Below are positions 9,515 to 19,507 of a DNA stretch of 55,657 bases, piece by piece. The position numbers were made by a program, and so were the translations under genes. How positions within the stretch are numbered: the stretch's first letter is position 1; every line of letters begins with the position of its first letter. This stretch comes from a virus. Its lineage: Duplodnaviria > Caudoviricetes. The stretch spans positions 1 through 55,657 of the IMG/VR virus record IMGVR_UViG_3300048796_000091; one strand, 5' to 3'. A model generated the notes under the pieces. It was not told the DNA's origin. It was given only the letters and a program-made list of their open reading frames with translations, and did no database searches.

Positions 9515-10299
9515 TTTGTCGCCTTCACAAATTCATCCCAATCACTAAATGGTATCATTAGCAATTCTCCAGATATCCATAATTCAGAATCATTTAATTT
9601 TCTAGGTAAATTTTTTGTAGTATGGTAGGTATGCATTGTATTAGTTTTAGAGTATGCTGCAAATATACTTTTCAAAAATTCATTATGATATTTTTCTGCT
9701 GCTTCTTCTCCAAATACTTCCACAAACTTTTTATATTCTTCCCCATTTTTATCTTTAACATTTTGATTGAATTTTTTAAATGAATCCATATTTGGTTCAA
9801 TTCCAAGGTCTCTAAACCCTCTATTTAAATCAACAATATCAAAACTATCCCCAAAAATAGTAATGCGAGTATCCCACATATCATGATCATTTACAGAACC
9901 AATGTTAGCTGTATCTGAAGGGATGATAATAAATAATCCGCCATTTTTATGATCAACAAAAGTAGCTGCATAACCAAACGAAGTGGTACAAATAAATGAC
10001 TGTGATCTTTTAGGAAAATTCTTTCTTCTAGGATGATTATCTAATAATACGGTATAGTGGTTAGTTGTATTATGAGATTTTCTTAAAGTTTTAGATGAGT
10101 CAACTAAATAATAACCATTTTGTGGTATATCACTTTTAAATCCCCTGTAAATAAGATCACTATGTGATTTCTTAAGCATCCATTTTGCATTACTACATTT
10201 CGATTTAAAAAATGACACAGCATGATCCAGATCAACATGATTATATTGAGGAGTATCACCTACTGCTGCTTCTTTTAAATATTGTTTAAATGTAATCAT
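9511..10299 (-). CDS. capsid-tagged ADP-ribosyltransferase-like protein (R-S-E type)
   Basis: MITFKQYLKE tag; LIYRG, SQSFICTTS, SELWISG. Confidence 0.6.
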   Translation of the reverse strand: MITFKQYLKEAAVGDTPQYNHVDLDHAVSFFKSKCSNAKWMLKKSHSDLIYRGFKSDIPQNGYYLVDSSKTLRKSHNTTNHYTVLLDNHPRRKNFPKRSQSFICTTSFGYAATFVDHKNGGLFIIIPSDTANIGSVNDHDMWDTRITIFGDSFDIVDLNRGFRDLGIEPNMDSFKKFNQNVKDKNGEEYKKFVEVFGEEAAEKYHNEFLKSIFAAYSKTNTMHTYHTTKNLPRKLNDSELWISGELLMIPFSDWDEFVKATK

Positions 10300-11153
10300 T
10301 AGTATCCTAGTGCTTTTAATAATTCATCATCTTCATCATCTTTCTTTTTAACTAATTTGACATATTCTTTTGGATCAAGCAATGCCATTTTTATTTTTTT
10401 ATATATTTCATGTTTGATTAAAATTACTTCTCCCTCAATCCACACTTCAGAATTAAATATATACTTTGATTTAAATGTTTTACCTGTTGCATTTTTAAAT
10501 CCAGTACTTTTTGGTGAATATGCTTTCCATATATCGCCTAGGAAATTATTATAATTTATATAAAAACCAAATCCCTTTTGAAATTTTTTAACCCAATATA
10601 AATAATCTTTATCATTTGGATTTTTTAATATTTTATCTACATTTTTAAAATCGTCTATATTATCTGGCATATCCATTTCTTCAAAATTACAATTTAAAGT
10701 ATAAAAAGAATCGGTATGATTATCATCTTTGTTAAAAAGTTTAGTACGAATTGTAAAAATATCTTCAGCTCCGACTATACCAATCTTAGCACCATCAGTA
10801 GGAACAACTATATAAGTTTCTCCATATCGGGTAGCTTTTTCATAATCAGTAGAACAAATAAATGATCTGCTTCTTTTTGGAAATCCTTTACACAGAGGGT
10901 TATTATCTAAAATAACAGTATAATAATTTTTAGTGTTTTGCGATTTTCTTTCAGTTTCAGCGGTATCAACTTCAGCATAATTGTAATTTACATCTCTAAA
11001 TCCGCGATAGATAAATTTATTTTCTTCAAACATCCACAAAGAACCTTTGCATTTTTCTTTAAGTAAATCTACTGCTTTAATTATATCTAAATTTTTATAA
11101 TTAGGAGAATCCCCAATAGCGGATTCTTGTAAGTATTGTTTAAAAGTAATCAT
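10299..11153 (-). CDS. capsid-tagged ADP-ribosyltransferase-like protein (R-S-E type)
   Basis: MITFKQYLQE; FIYRG, SRSFICST, SEVWIEG. Confidence 0.6.
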   Translation of the reverse strand: MITFKQYLQESAIGDSPNYKNLDIIKAVDLLKEKCKGSLWMFEENKFIYRGFRDVNYNYAEVDTAETERKSQNTKNYYTVILDNNPLCKGFPKRSRSFICSTDYEKATRYGETYIVVPTDGAKIGIVGAEDIFTIRTKLFNKDDNHTDSFYTLNCNFEEMDMPDNIDDFKNVDKILKNPNDKDYLYWVKKFQKGFGFYINYNNFLGDIWKAYSPKSTGFKNATGKTFKSKYIFNSEVWIEGEVILIKHEIYKKIKMALLDPKEYVKLVKKKDDEDDELLKALGY

Positions 11154-11956
11154 TCTAATTCTTCTTTTATCTTTTTAAGTAAAGTATAATTTACCATTAG
11201 TACTTCTCCACCAACCCACACTTCAGTTCTTTGCTTATAATAAGGTTTAAAAGTTTTACCAGTGCAATGCTTAAATCCGGTATGCTCTGGAGAATATGCT
11301 TCCCATATATCCTCTAAGAAATTGCTATAGTCAACATCTCTACCAAATTGTGATTGAATTTTAGCAACCCATGAATCATGACCATTTGCATTTTTATCTT
11401 TCAATATTGCATCTACTTCTTTAAACCCTTCTAAGCTTTCTTCAATTCCCATCTTTTTAAAAGCATTATTAATATTTGATAAATCCCTTTTAACTTGTTT
11501 ATTATCTTTATACTTAAACAATGGTATATAAATATCAAAAATATCTGAAGCTCCCACTATACCAATTTTTGCATTATCCGTAGGAATCACTACAAAAATA
11601 CTATCCTCATCCATGTTTGATGCATAACTTCCGGCTCTACCTAATACAGTACTACAAATAAATGATCTTGATCTTTTAGGAAAATCTTTACATAATGGAT
11701 TATTATCTAAAATAGTAGTATAATAATTAGAGGTATTTTCGGATTTTCTCATTGTTTTAGATGTATCAACTATAGCAAATTCATTTATTGGCTCATCACG
11801 AACACCACGATAAATAAATTCATCCTTATCAAACATCCATAAAGAACTTCTACATTTAGTTTTAATAAAATTAACCGCTTTAGATAAATTTATATCATGA
11901 TACTCAGGTTCGTCTGATACAGCTTTTTCCTGTAAATATTGTTTGAATGTAATCAT
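11150..11956 (-). CDS. capsid-tagged ADP-ribosyltransferase-like protein (R-S-E type)
   Basis: MITFKQYLQE; FIYRG, SRSFICST, TEVWVGG. Confidence 0.6.
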   Translation of the reverse strand: MITFKQYLQEKAVSDEPEYHDINLSKAVNFIKTKCRSSLWMFDKDEFIYRGVRDEPINEFAIVDTSKTMRKSENTSNYYTTILDNNPLCKDFPKRSRSFICSTVLGRAGSYASNMDEDSIFVVIPTDNAKIGIVGASDIFDIYIPLFKYKDNKQVKRDLSNINNAFKKMGIEESLEGFKEVDAILKDKNANGHDSWVAKIQSQFGRDVDYSNFLEDIWEAYSPEHTGFKHCTGKTFKPYYKQRTEVWVGGEVLMVNYTLLKKIKEELE

Positions 11957-12765
11957 TATATAATTATTTTTTTAGTTGATTCTATTAGTCCAGCTTCTTT
12001 TAAAGCAGTAATAAATTCTTCAAACTGATAGACACTTATTACCAACATTTTACCTTCTACCCAAAGTTCTTGCTTTCTAAGATTGTTAATCGTTGCACCA
12101 GTTGTAGCTTCAAATCCAGTACTTTCTGGAGAATATGCTTGCCAAATATCATCCATAAAATGATCTTTATATTCTTTTAAATCACTATTATCCATATTAA
12201 ATGCATATTTAAAAATTTCTAATGCTGCCTTATCACCTTTTTCTAACCGTTCATCAAATTCTTGAAAATCTTTTAAATCACACGGTATTTCTAAATCAGA
12301 TGAAAAAATACTATTAAGATCATCTAACCCTAACATACGACTTCCAAATATATGAATATTAACACTCCAAATATCAGGTTTATTAGTCAATCCAATTTTT
12401 GCATTGTCAAATGGAATAACGACTACTTTATCACCCAGAAAACTATTATAAAAATCACTACTACATATTAAAGATTTACTTCTTTTCGGAAATCCTTTAC
12501 ATAATGGATTATTATCTAAAAATATGGTGTAATAATTAGTTGTGTTTTCAGACTTTCTTTCTGTATTTTCAGTATTTACCAATCCACATTTATCCCGGAC
12601 TTTTACATCCTTCATATTCCTAAAAATCAAATTACTAGGTAAATTTGAAACATATTGTGAACAATGTTGTTTTACTATAGACACAACTTCATTCATATCA
12701 ATTATTTTGATATCAATATTATCACCGACAGATGCTTCTTTAATAAATTCTTTAAAAGTAATCAT
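11956..12765 (-). CDS. capsid-tagged ADP-ribosyltransferase-like protein (R-S-E type)
   Basis: MITFKEFIKE; LIFRN, SKSLICSS, QELWVEG. Confidence 0.55.
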   Translation of the reverse strand: MITFKEFIKEASVGDNIDIKIIDMNEVVSIVKQHCSQYVSNLPSNLIFRNMKDVKVRDKCGLVNTENTERKSENTTNYYTIFLDNNPLCKGFPKRSKSLICSSDFYNSFLGDKVVVIPFDNAKIGLTNKPDIWSVNIHIFGSRMLGLDDLNSIFSSDLEIPCDLKDFQEFDERLEKGDKAALEIFKYAFNMDNSDLKEYKDHFMDDIWQAYSPESTGFEATTGATINNLRKQELWVEGKMLVISVYQFEEFITALKEAGLIESTKKIII

Positions 12766-12771
12766 TTTAAA

Positions 12772-14052
12772 TTATCTGATAAGTTGGTTCCAAATTACTA
12801 ACGGTAATTGTAATTTAGTTTCACCCTTATCATCCACTATAGAAATTTGTTCATCTGGCAATGCCATTACTTTATATCCCTGCGCCTGTTTAATGACAGT
12901 TGGTTCAGTAGGTTGGGCAGGAGTAGGATTTGGATTTACTGGAGGGATAGTTGGTTCCGTATCCTGATCATCATTAGTTCCTGTTGGATCAGGATCACCT
13001 GCTGATGGTGGAGATTCTTCATCTTCCTTCAAAGATACTGTTTTTTCAATAATGCTTTTCAATTCTGATCTTGAAATTTTATTATATGCACCATCTTCAT
13101 CTGCCGCTCTTACAAACATTATAATCTTTTGAATTTGTTCTTCTCTAGATAATTTAGTTAAATCTAATTTTCTAAATGCAGCTTTAATCAATATTTGTAC
13201 ATTACGATCTTCAGGAGATTCGCTTAACACTACACCCTTTTCATCTTCTTGATTCCATACACCAAATGATCTATCTAAGCCGGGTACTTCAGCAGATACA
13301 GTCATTTTATTTCCTTCCATTTTTGAAAGGAATTTCATTTTTTTAGCATAAGTAGGATATGAATTTTTAACTGCATCTTTCCAATTATCGATATCAGTAA
13401 ATACTTCTTTAGATTCTTTAACTGACTTAGGATTATTTGCAGTAACACTATCATTATTTGGCTGAATATTTGTAGATAATATACCCGGTACACTATCCAC
13501 AATTTCTTTCATCTGTGCAGGTGTTAAACTCCAAAATCTAGCATGACCATATCTTTCACTAGCAAATTTATCAGCTATTTGAAATTTAACTAAATCACCC
13601 GCATTATATATACTCATTTTTGAAAAACAAGGTACATTGAATTTCATTTGTACTACTTTTTGTAAGGCATCCCATTGTCCAGATGTATGAAATGAATCAT
13701 TTTTACTAGGTGCTTTAGGATCAACTTGTACATCTTTAATATACTTTTGATTAGCATCTGCTACTTCTTGACCTTGTGGAACAGATTCTTTGATTTTATG
13801 TTTCCATAAACCATGAGTCTTAGCATCCCATCCTTTTAAAACAAAATGATCACCATCTTTAGTTGGTTTGCCAACTACTCTTGATTGTTCGTAATTTCTA
13901 CCTGTCTCTGATCTTTTACCATGACTAGTTATAAACTTTTTATCTTTATCAAATACATAAAAATCTTCATCATTAAAGGATTCTTTAGGCATAAGAACTT
14001 TTTCAGGCTCAGATTTAGGTTTGTTTTTTGCAATATCTTTTAACAATGACAT
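12772..14052 (-). CDS. putative internal head protein/polyprotein
   Basis: Late box at 14079-14086; charged segments separated by IKES, VKES, LSES, LKED sites; Pro-rich linker. Confidence 0.45.
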   Translation of the reverse strand: MSLLKDIAKNKPKSEPEKVLMPKESFNDEDFYVFDKDKKFITSHGKRSETGRNYEQSRVVGKPTKDGDHFVLKGWDAKTHGLWKHKIKESVPQGQEVADANQKYIKDVQVDPKAPSKNDSFHTSGQWDALQKVVQMKFNVPCFSKMSIYNAGDLVKFQIADKFASERYGHARFWSLTPAQMKEIVDSVPGILSTNIQPNNDSVTANNPKSVKESKEVFTDIDNWKDAVKNSYPTYAKKMKFLSKMEGNKMTVSAEVPGLDRSFGVWNQEDEKGVVLSESPEDRNVQILIKAAFRKLDLTKLSREEQIQKIIMFVRAADEDGAYNKISRSELKSIIEKTVSLKEDEESPPSAGDPDPTGTNDDQDTEPTIPPVNPNPTPAQPTEPTVIKQAQGYKVMALPDEQISIVDDKGETKLQLPLVIWNQLIR

Positions 14053-14084
14053 GGTAACTCCGTGGGTTATTAATATATTATTTA

Positions 14085-14699
14085 TTAGTTTTTACGCAAA
14101 CTTTTCAGAAAAGGTTCTATTTCATTATTATAAACCTCACCGTTGGTATTAAATGAGTAAAATTGGTCACATTTAATCATTATTTCAGAACATGAAATGA
14201 CACATTGATAGAAGGCTCTATTATGGTTCCAATCAGCAGATTTTATTTCAGAAACTAATTGTTCTATAGCTTTCTCTCTTGCATTTTCAGAATGATTATC
14301 CCATATTGGCTTAAATATTTTATTAAATTTCCTAGTTAAATCTTTAAAATCTGGACTAGATACCCAATCAAATTTACCAATAGGTACTATTACAAATGGC
14401 TGGCCATAATCTCTTGCATCGATTTTATTACCAGTTACAAATAACCAATCTCTAGGTTTGATTCCATACATATCATGAAAAGTATTATTGACAATATCAT
14501 GAACATCCTTTTTGGTATCTCTTGGTTTTTCTCTGAAATGAAATGTCTCAATAGTATAATTATTAGTACCCTCATCAGCCCCATGATAGATAGGAAATCC
14601 TTTACATTCTTTCAAATAGAAAGCACAATCAGTTTTGAATTTTTCTAAATCAAAATCCTTAGAAAATCCTTCTTGTATATATTGTTTGAATGTAATCAT
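14085..14699 (-). CDS. capsid-tagged ART-like protein (YHG type)
   Basis: MITFKQYIQE; IYHG, WLFVTG, SEIMIKC. Confidence 0.55.
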   Translation of the reverse strand: MITFKQYIQEGFSKDFDLEKFKTDCAFYLKECKGFPIYHGADEGTNNYTIETFHFREKPRDTKKDVHDIVNNTFHDMYGIKPRDWLFVTGNKIDARDYGQPFVIVPIGKFDWVSSPDFKDLTRKFNKIFKPIWDNHSENAREKAIEQLVSEIKSADWNHNRAFYQCVISCSEIMIKCDQFYSFNTNGEVYNNEIEPFLKSLRKN

Positions 14700-15325
14700 A
14701 GTGTTTTTAAATATTCCCTAACCTTCTTATATTCATCATCTGTAGTATTAAACTGATAAAATTTATTACATTTTATCATTACTTCATTACCAGATTTTAT
14801 ACCACTTATTAAATCTTCATTAAATTTCCAATGTAAATGGGGAACCTTCTTAAGTAATAAATTAGTTGCAGCAATATCTTTTTCACTTCTTGGCATAGTT
14901 GCATTCTTAATAGAAACATCTGTTAAGTAACTGGAATACATAGTATATAAATCTTCTGCATCTTTATCTGAGGCATACACATATTCATATTCTCCGATAG
15001 GAAATATAGCAGTACTGATATATCTATTTATTGAACCAGAATACAACCAAGATGTCTCTAAATTCCCAGTGGTAAATAACCAATTTCTAATTGGATATCC
15101 AAACATCTTTTTAAATAATTCATTCAATTTATCATGTAGTACTTTTGGAGAATTTGTTGGTTTTTCTCTTTCTTTCCACTGAGTAATTTCATATCCATAA
15201 ACCGTATTTGCAGTTCCATGATATAAAATATTACCCTTACTCTCTTTTAAAAAAGGAGCACAATCGATTTTGAATTTCTCAATATCGAATTTTTCTTCAG
15301 TGAGAAATTGTTTAAATGTGATCAT
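14696..15325 (-). CDS. capsid-tagged ART-like protein (YHG type)
   Basis: MITFKQFLTE; LYHG, WLFTTG, NEVMIKC. Confidence 0.55.
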   Translation of the reverse strand: MITFKQFLTEEKFDIEKFKIDCAPFLKESKGNILYHGTANTVYGYEITQWKEREKPTNSPKVLHDKLNELFKKMFGYPIRNWLFTTGNLETSWLYSGSINRYISTAIFPIGEYEYVYASDKDAEDLYTMYSSYLTDVSIKNATMPRSEKDIAATNLLLKKVPHLHWKFNEDLISGIKSGNEVMIKCNKFYQFNTTDDEYKKVREYLKTL

Positions 15326-15959
15326 TTTAATAATGGTTCTATAACATCAGTGAATAAATCACTAGTGACTCTGATCATGTAAAATTTATCTGCTTTAACC
15401 ATGATTTCTTTTTCAGATTTAATACATTTAGTTAAATGAGTATTAAATTCCCATTTGGATGTATTAATAAGTACTCTTAATTTTTCATCCACTATATCCT
15501 TTTTAGCATCTGAACTTAAATTTTTATATTCTTCATCTTGTCTTGTTTCAAACTCCATATTATCCACAATCGTAAATAAATCGGTGATATCTGGACTACT
15601 TAACCATTCAAAATCTCCTATAGGAAATACCGCATATACAGTTCCATATTCAACTCCGGCAATGTGCTCACTCCCCGTTACAAATAACCAATTTCTAGGT
15701 TCCACGTGAAACTTCTTATATAAAAGGTCATTGATAAACTTATGATAATATTCAGAAATGTCTCTAGGTTTAGTTCTTTCTTTGAACGGTAAAATTAAAA
15801 AATCAGATTTAAATCCATTATTTTTATTTCCAATTTTAGTACTTCCATGATCATCATTAATCCACCAGATATATCTAAATAGTTTTTACAATCTGTTTTG
15901 AATTTTTCCAAGTCAAATTCTTCATCTGATTCTTGTATGTATTGTTTGAAAGTAATCAT
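15322..15959 (-). pseudogene. frameshifted capsid-tagged ART-like paralog (YHG type)
   Basis: Starts MITFKQYIQESDEEFDLEKFKTDC at 15959; 1-nt deletion at about 15851 (ATG [T]AT CAT GGA = M-Y-H-G); adding the base gives a 212-aa paralog continuous with ORF 15322..15705. Confidence 0.8.
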
Positions 15960-15964
15960 TGTAT

Positions 15965-16600
15965 TCAAGGCCATTTATATTTACCATTACTAATAACTAG
16001 TGGTTCAATCTTATCTTTAAATAATTTTGAATCCGTTTTTATCGCATAATATTGATTACATTTTAACATAATTTCATGTTCTGACTTTATACATTTTGAA
16101 AGATTGGTATTAAACTCCCAATTTAAATCTTCTAACCCTTCAATAATAGCATCTTTATTTTTGTCATAGTACCCATGTTCATAATGACTTGTATCAACAA
16201 TGCCGTTAAAATCAGTAAAGAAATCTCTGATATTATTTGGTTCACACAACCATTGAAATTCACCTATTGGAAATATTGCATAACAAAAGTTTTTATCATT
16301 ATTATATGAGTCTGCATCTCTTTCACTACCAGTTACAAACAACCAATTTCTACATTTTTCACCAAACTTCTTAACGAAAAACTCATTTAATATCTCATGT
16401 AACTTAGTATTGGTATTCCTTGGTCTAGTTCTTTCTTTCCAAGTAATTATTTTAGAGTCAGATGGAAATAATATATTCTCACTTGATCCATGATATATCA
16501 TTTCCCCTTTAGATTTCTCTAAAAATATGTGGCAATCTTTTTTAAATTTATCCATATCAAAATCGGATTCTTCAGTAATAAATTGTTTAAAAGTAATCAT
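15965..16600 (-). CDS. capsid-tagged ART-like protein (YHG type)
   Basis: MITFKQFITE; IYHG, WLFVTG, HEIMLKC. Confidence 0.55.
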   Translation of the reverse strand: MITFKQFITEESDFDMDKFKKDCHIFLEKSKGEMIYHGSSENILFPSDSKIITWKERTRPRNTNTKLHEILNEFFVKKFGEKCRNWLFVTGSERDADSYNNDKNFCYAIFPIGEFQWLCEPNNIRDFFTDFNGIVDTSHYEHGYYDKNKDAIIEGLEDLNWEFNTNLSKCIKSEHEIMLKCNQYYAIKTDSKLFKDKIEPLVISNGKYKWP

Positions 16601-17346
16601 GTCACCATCTCTCTAAAATCTGACCAATCTTCAATATGTATTAATAATACTTTACCAGCAATCCAAACTTCTCCCATAGTATTCACATCACCCGGCTCAA
16701 TCACTGAAAAACCAAGTTCTTTTGGAGAATATGCTTTCCATATATCTTTTAAAAAATGTTTATATCCATCACCAACATCTGGAAAATGTTTATTCAATAA
16801 ATGATATTCTTCCGATTCTTTATCTTTTACATTTTGATCAAACTTTTTAAAACCTTCTATAGTTGGTTCTATTTTTAAAAAATGAAAAAGTTCGTTAAAT
16901 ACATTAATTCTTGAGGCTTCATTATATAAATTAGGGCGTGAACGCCATATATCCTCTTTATTTACTGCTCCAATTTTACAATCATCAAATGGAATAACTA
17001 CAAATACATTACCATATCCATGAGCAGTCTCTTTATTAGTAGTACATACAAATGATCTTGATCTTTTTGGAAATGCTGACATCATTGGATTATTATCTAA
17101 AATAACAGTGTAATAATTTAAGGTGTTTTCTGATTCTCTCTCAGTATCAGTTGTATTCACAGTACATAAATTAGGCATCGTTACATCATGAAAACCTTTA
17201 TAATAAACATGGTTATGTTCTAAATTGGGTAATGATTTTTTACAATTCTTTTTGAAAATATCAATAGCTTGATCTATATCTAAATCTTTAAAATTTGGTT
17301 GTCTACCAACTGCACCTTCTAAAATATATTGTTTAAATGTAATCAT
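16597..17346 (-). CDS. capsid-tagged ART-like protein (R-S-E type, R->K)
   Basis: True start MITFKQYILE at 17346; VYYKG, SRSFVCTT, GEVWIAG. Confidence 0.55.
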   Translation of the reverse strand: MITFKQYILEGAVGRQPNFKDLDIDQAIDIFKKNCKKSLPNLEHNHVYYKGFHDVTMPNLCTVNTTDTERESENTLNYYTVILDNNPMMSAFPKRSRSFVCTTNKETAHGYGNVFVVIPFDDCKIGAVNKEDIWRSRPNLYNEASRINVFNELFHFLKIEPTIEGFKKFDQNVKDKESEEYHLLNKHFPDVGDGYKHFLKDIWKAYSPKELGFSVIEPGDVNTMGEVWIAGKVLLIHIEDWSDFREMVT

Positions 17347-17347
17347 A

Positions 17348-18076
17348 TCAATCCTTGTACCAACCATCCACCTTTTTATCTAGTATTTCTTCAGATAGTA
17401 CAGTTGGAACTAAGTAACCTTCTTTTGCATCTATTAACTTTTCCAAACTTCTACTTCCAATTGGATTTTGAATATCTGAATTTAAAAATGATTGGCATGA
17501 CTTAAATACTTTTTCAAATACTTGATTATCAATAGACTCAGAGTTATTTTCTATTTCTTTAAAGAAATGAGTTTTGGCTTTTAAATATTCAGCATTCTCA
17601 TCAGATTCTTTATTAACTTGTTTAATAAATTCCATATCTACTTGTCTACCACCTTTTGCATTTCTTTTTTCTGCTCTTTCTAATGCTGTATGTAAATTAG
17701 TTTTAATATAAATCACTCCTACATCATATCCAATAGATTCTAAAATACCCATTCTATGTTGAATTTGACTAAGATTACCAGAAGTAGAATCTACAAATAA
17801 AGGAAGCATACTATTCAAATAATTTTTTAATGACTTCTTAGTTAGTAATTTAGTTTGATCTTTATAATTTTCAAAACTTAAACCTAATTTATATCCATAT
17901 TTTCTAATGAAGAATTCAGTAGCTCTGTCAGAATTAACTATTTTAGGAGCAATTGACCCAGATAGATGAGTGATCGTATAGGACTTGCCAGCACCCGGTA
18001 ATCCAATAATAAATATAGCTTTAAACTTTCCTTTGTCATTGATTGATTCTGAGATGAATTCTTTAAATGTAATCAT
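17348..18076 (-). CDS. capsid-tagged P-loop kinase (zeta-toxin/AAA_33-like)
   Basis: MITFKEFISE; GLPGAGKS, VNSD, FVDSTS, ALERAEKR...GGRQV lid. Confidence 0.7.
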   Translation of the reverse strand: MITFKEFISESINDKGKFKAIFIIGLPGAGKSYTITHLSGSIAPKIVNSDRATEFFIRKYGYKLGLSFENYKDQTKLLTKKSLKNYLNSMLPLFVDSTSGNLSQIQHRMGILESIGYDVGVIYIKTNLHTALERAEKRNAKGGRQVDMEFIKQVNKESDENAEYLKAKTHFFKEIENNSESIDNQVFEKVFKSCQSFLNSDIQNPIGSRSLEKLIDAKEGYLVPTVLSEEILDKKVDGWYKD

Positions 18077-19005
18077 TTCATATCCTTTTGTAATTCTTTT
18101 AATACTTCTATATCTTTTCCAACAATAGCTACGTACCCACCTTCAAACCAAATTTCTTTAGTATGAGAATCTAAGAGAGTAAGATTTTCAAAATTAGATA
18201 ATTTTACATTAAATGATTTAGGAGTAATATTTTCTTTTAACCACTCTATTAAAGTTTTTCCATTCAATATAGTATTTAATTTTTTATTATTTAATTTTAT
18301 ATAGCTGTTAATATCGTTAAATTGATCATATTTGTATTTATTATTTTCTTTTTTAAGATCGTCTTTTATTTTATCAAAATTTTTAAATATGTATTGTCTT
18401 ATTTTTTCTAATCTATCAGAAACATCTTCAATTTGTTCTAGTGTTAAATTATAATCTCCATCAAAAGAAATAGAAGTAGATATTGGAAAATCTATAAGGT
18501 GGTAATTTTCTAATTCTTCACAATCTACAAAAATATATGTTATATACTGTATCAAATCATCCAAATCATATAATTGTTTTTTAGCTTCATTAAAATCTTT
18601 ATCGCAGCTCGCAAATTCTTTTACATTGTCATATGGAATAACTATACTTTCTTTTCCAAATCTTCCCGAATTACTTAACATATTAGTAGTAAAAGTTGAT
18701 TTAGTTCTATTGGGAATATCTTTCCATTCTGGAGAAGTAGATACATAACTAATTAGTAAATTACTACCCGTTTTACTAACTCTGGGCGATTTATAATTTG
18801 GTTTAATAAAATATGGTATATCTTTATCTGATGATTTTTTAGCATAAGATAAATCTGAGACATTCATGCCTCTCCACAAAAATAGATCATTCTTAATAAT
18901 AAAATCTAAATTTTTAGAACAATGATTTTTAAGAGTGTGTAGTAACTCATGATAGTTATTCAGTTCAGTAGATTCATACAATTTTAAAATATCTTTTAAT
19001 TTCAT
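18073..19005 (-). CDS. ART-like protein with variant leader (MKLKDILKLYE)
   Basis: FLWRG, KSTFTT, KEIWFEG, matching the R-S-E paralogs. Confidence 0.5.
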   Translation of the reverse strand: MKLKDILKLYESTELNNYHELLHTLKNHCSKNLDFIIKNDLFLWRGMNVSDLSYAKKSSDKDIPYFIKPNYKSPRVSKTGSNLLISYVSTSPEWKDIPNRTKSTFTTNMLSNSGRFGKESIVIPYDNVKEFASCDKDFNEAKKQLYDLDDLIQYITYIFVDCEELENYHLIDFPISTSISFDGDYNLTLEQIEDVSDRLEKIRQYIFKNFDKIKDDLKKENNKYKYDQFNDINSYIKLNNKKLNTILNGKTLIEWLKENITPKSFNVKLSNFENLTLLDSHTKEIWFEGGYVAIVGKDIEVLKELQKDMK

Positions 19006-19424
19006 TTTTTGTCTATGCTGATGGCTTTTAAAATATCTTCCCGACTACATACAATAGTATTATTGGTAATTTTACCACCGGGGGAATAGGGAATGAATGC
19101 ATTGGTTTTTTTTCTATCCACTTTAATTTTTGCTTTACTAGTAGCAGCATTCAATGCAATTTGTAAATAAGTAGCAGCTACTTCAGCAGTTCTGGCCGCA
19201 TATCTAGGATCAATAATTTCTACTTGTGCAGTTTGATTATTAAAAGCATCTAAAGCAGCATCATACACAGCATCTATTTTAGCTTCAGTGGCTACATCAT
19301 CTTCATCCTTTTCTTCAGGTAAAACTTGTCCTTGAGCTACATGCTCTTGTACTTGATAATCATTGTCTATGTCATAGTCTACAGTAGGCATATTTGACTC
19401 TGCGAATAATGGATGTTTATTCAT
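19002..19424 (-). CDS. probable terminase small subunit (gp16-like)
   Basis: Acidic N-terminus, helical core PRYAARTAEVAATYLQIA, C-terminal NNTIVCSREDIL; size and pattern resemble gp16-type proteins. Confidence 0.55.
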   Translation of the reverse strand: MNKHPLFAESNMPTVDYDIDNDYQVQEHVAQGQVLPEEKDEDDVATEAKIDAVYDAALDAFNNQTAQVEIIDPRYAARTAEVAATYLQIALNAATSKAKIKVDRKKTNAFIPYSPGGKITNNTIVCSREDILKAISIDKK

Positions 19425-19507
19425 TTTTCTTTCCACTCTTTAATTTTAAATTGTTTACAATATCTCTTGCATATTTTAAAGATTAAATTTAACGATTTTA
19501 ATCAATT

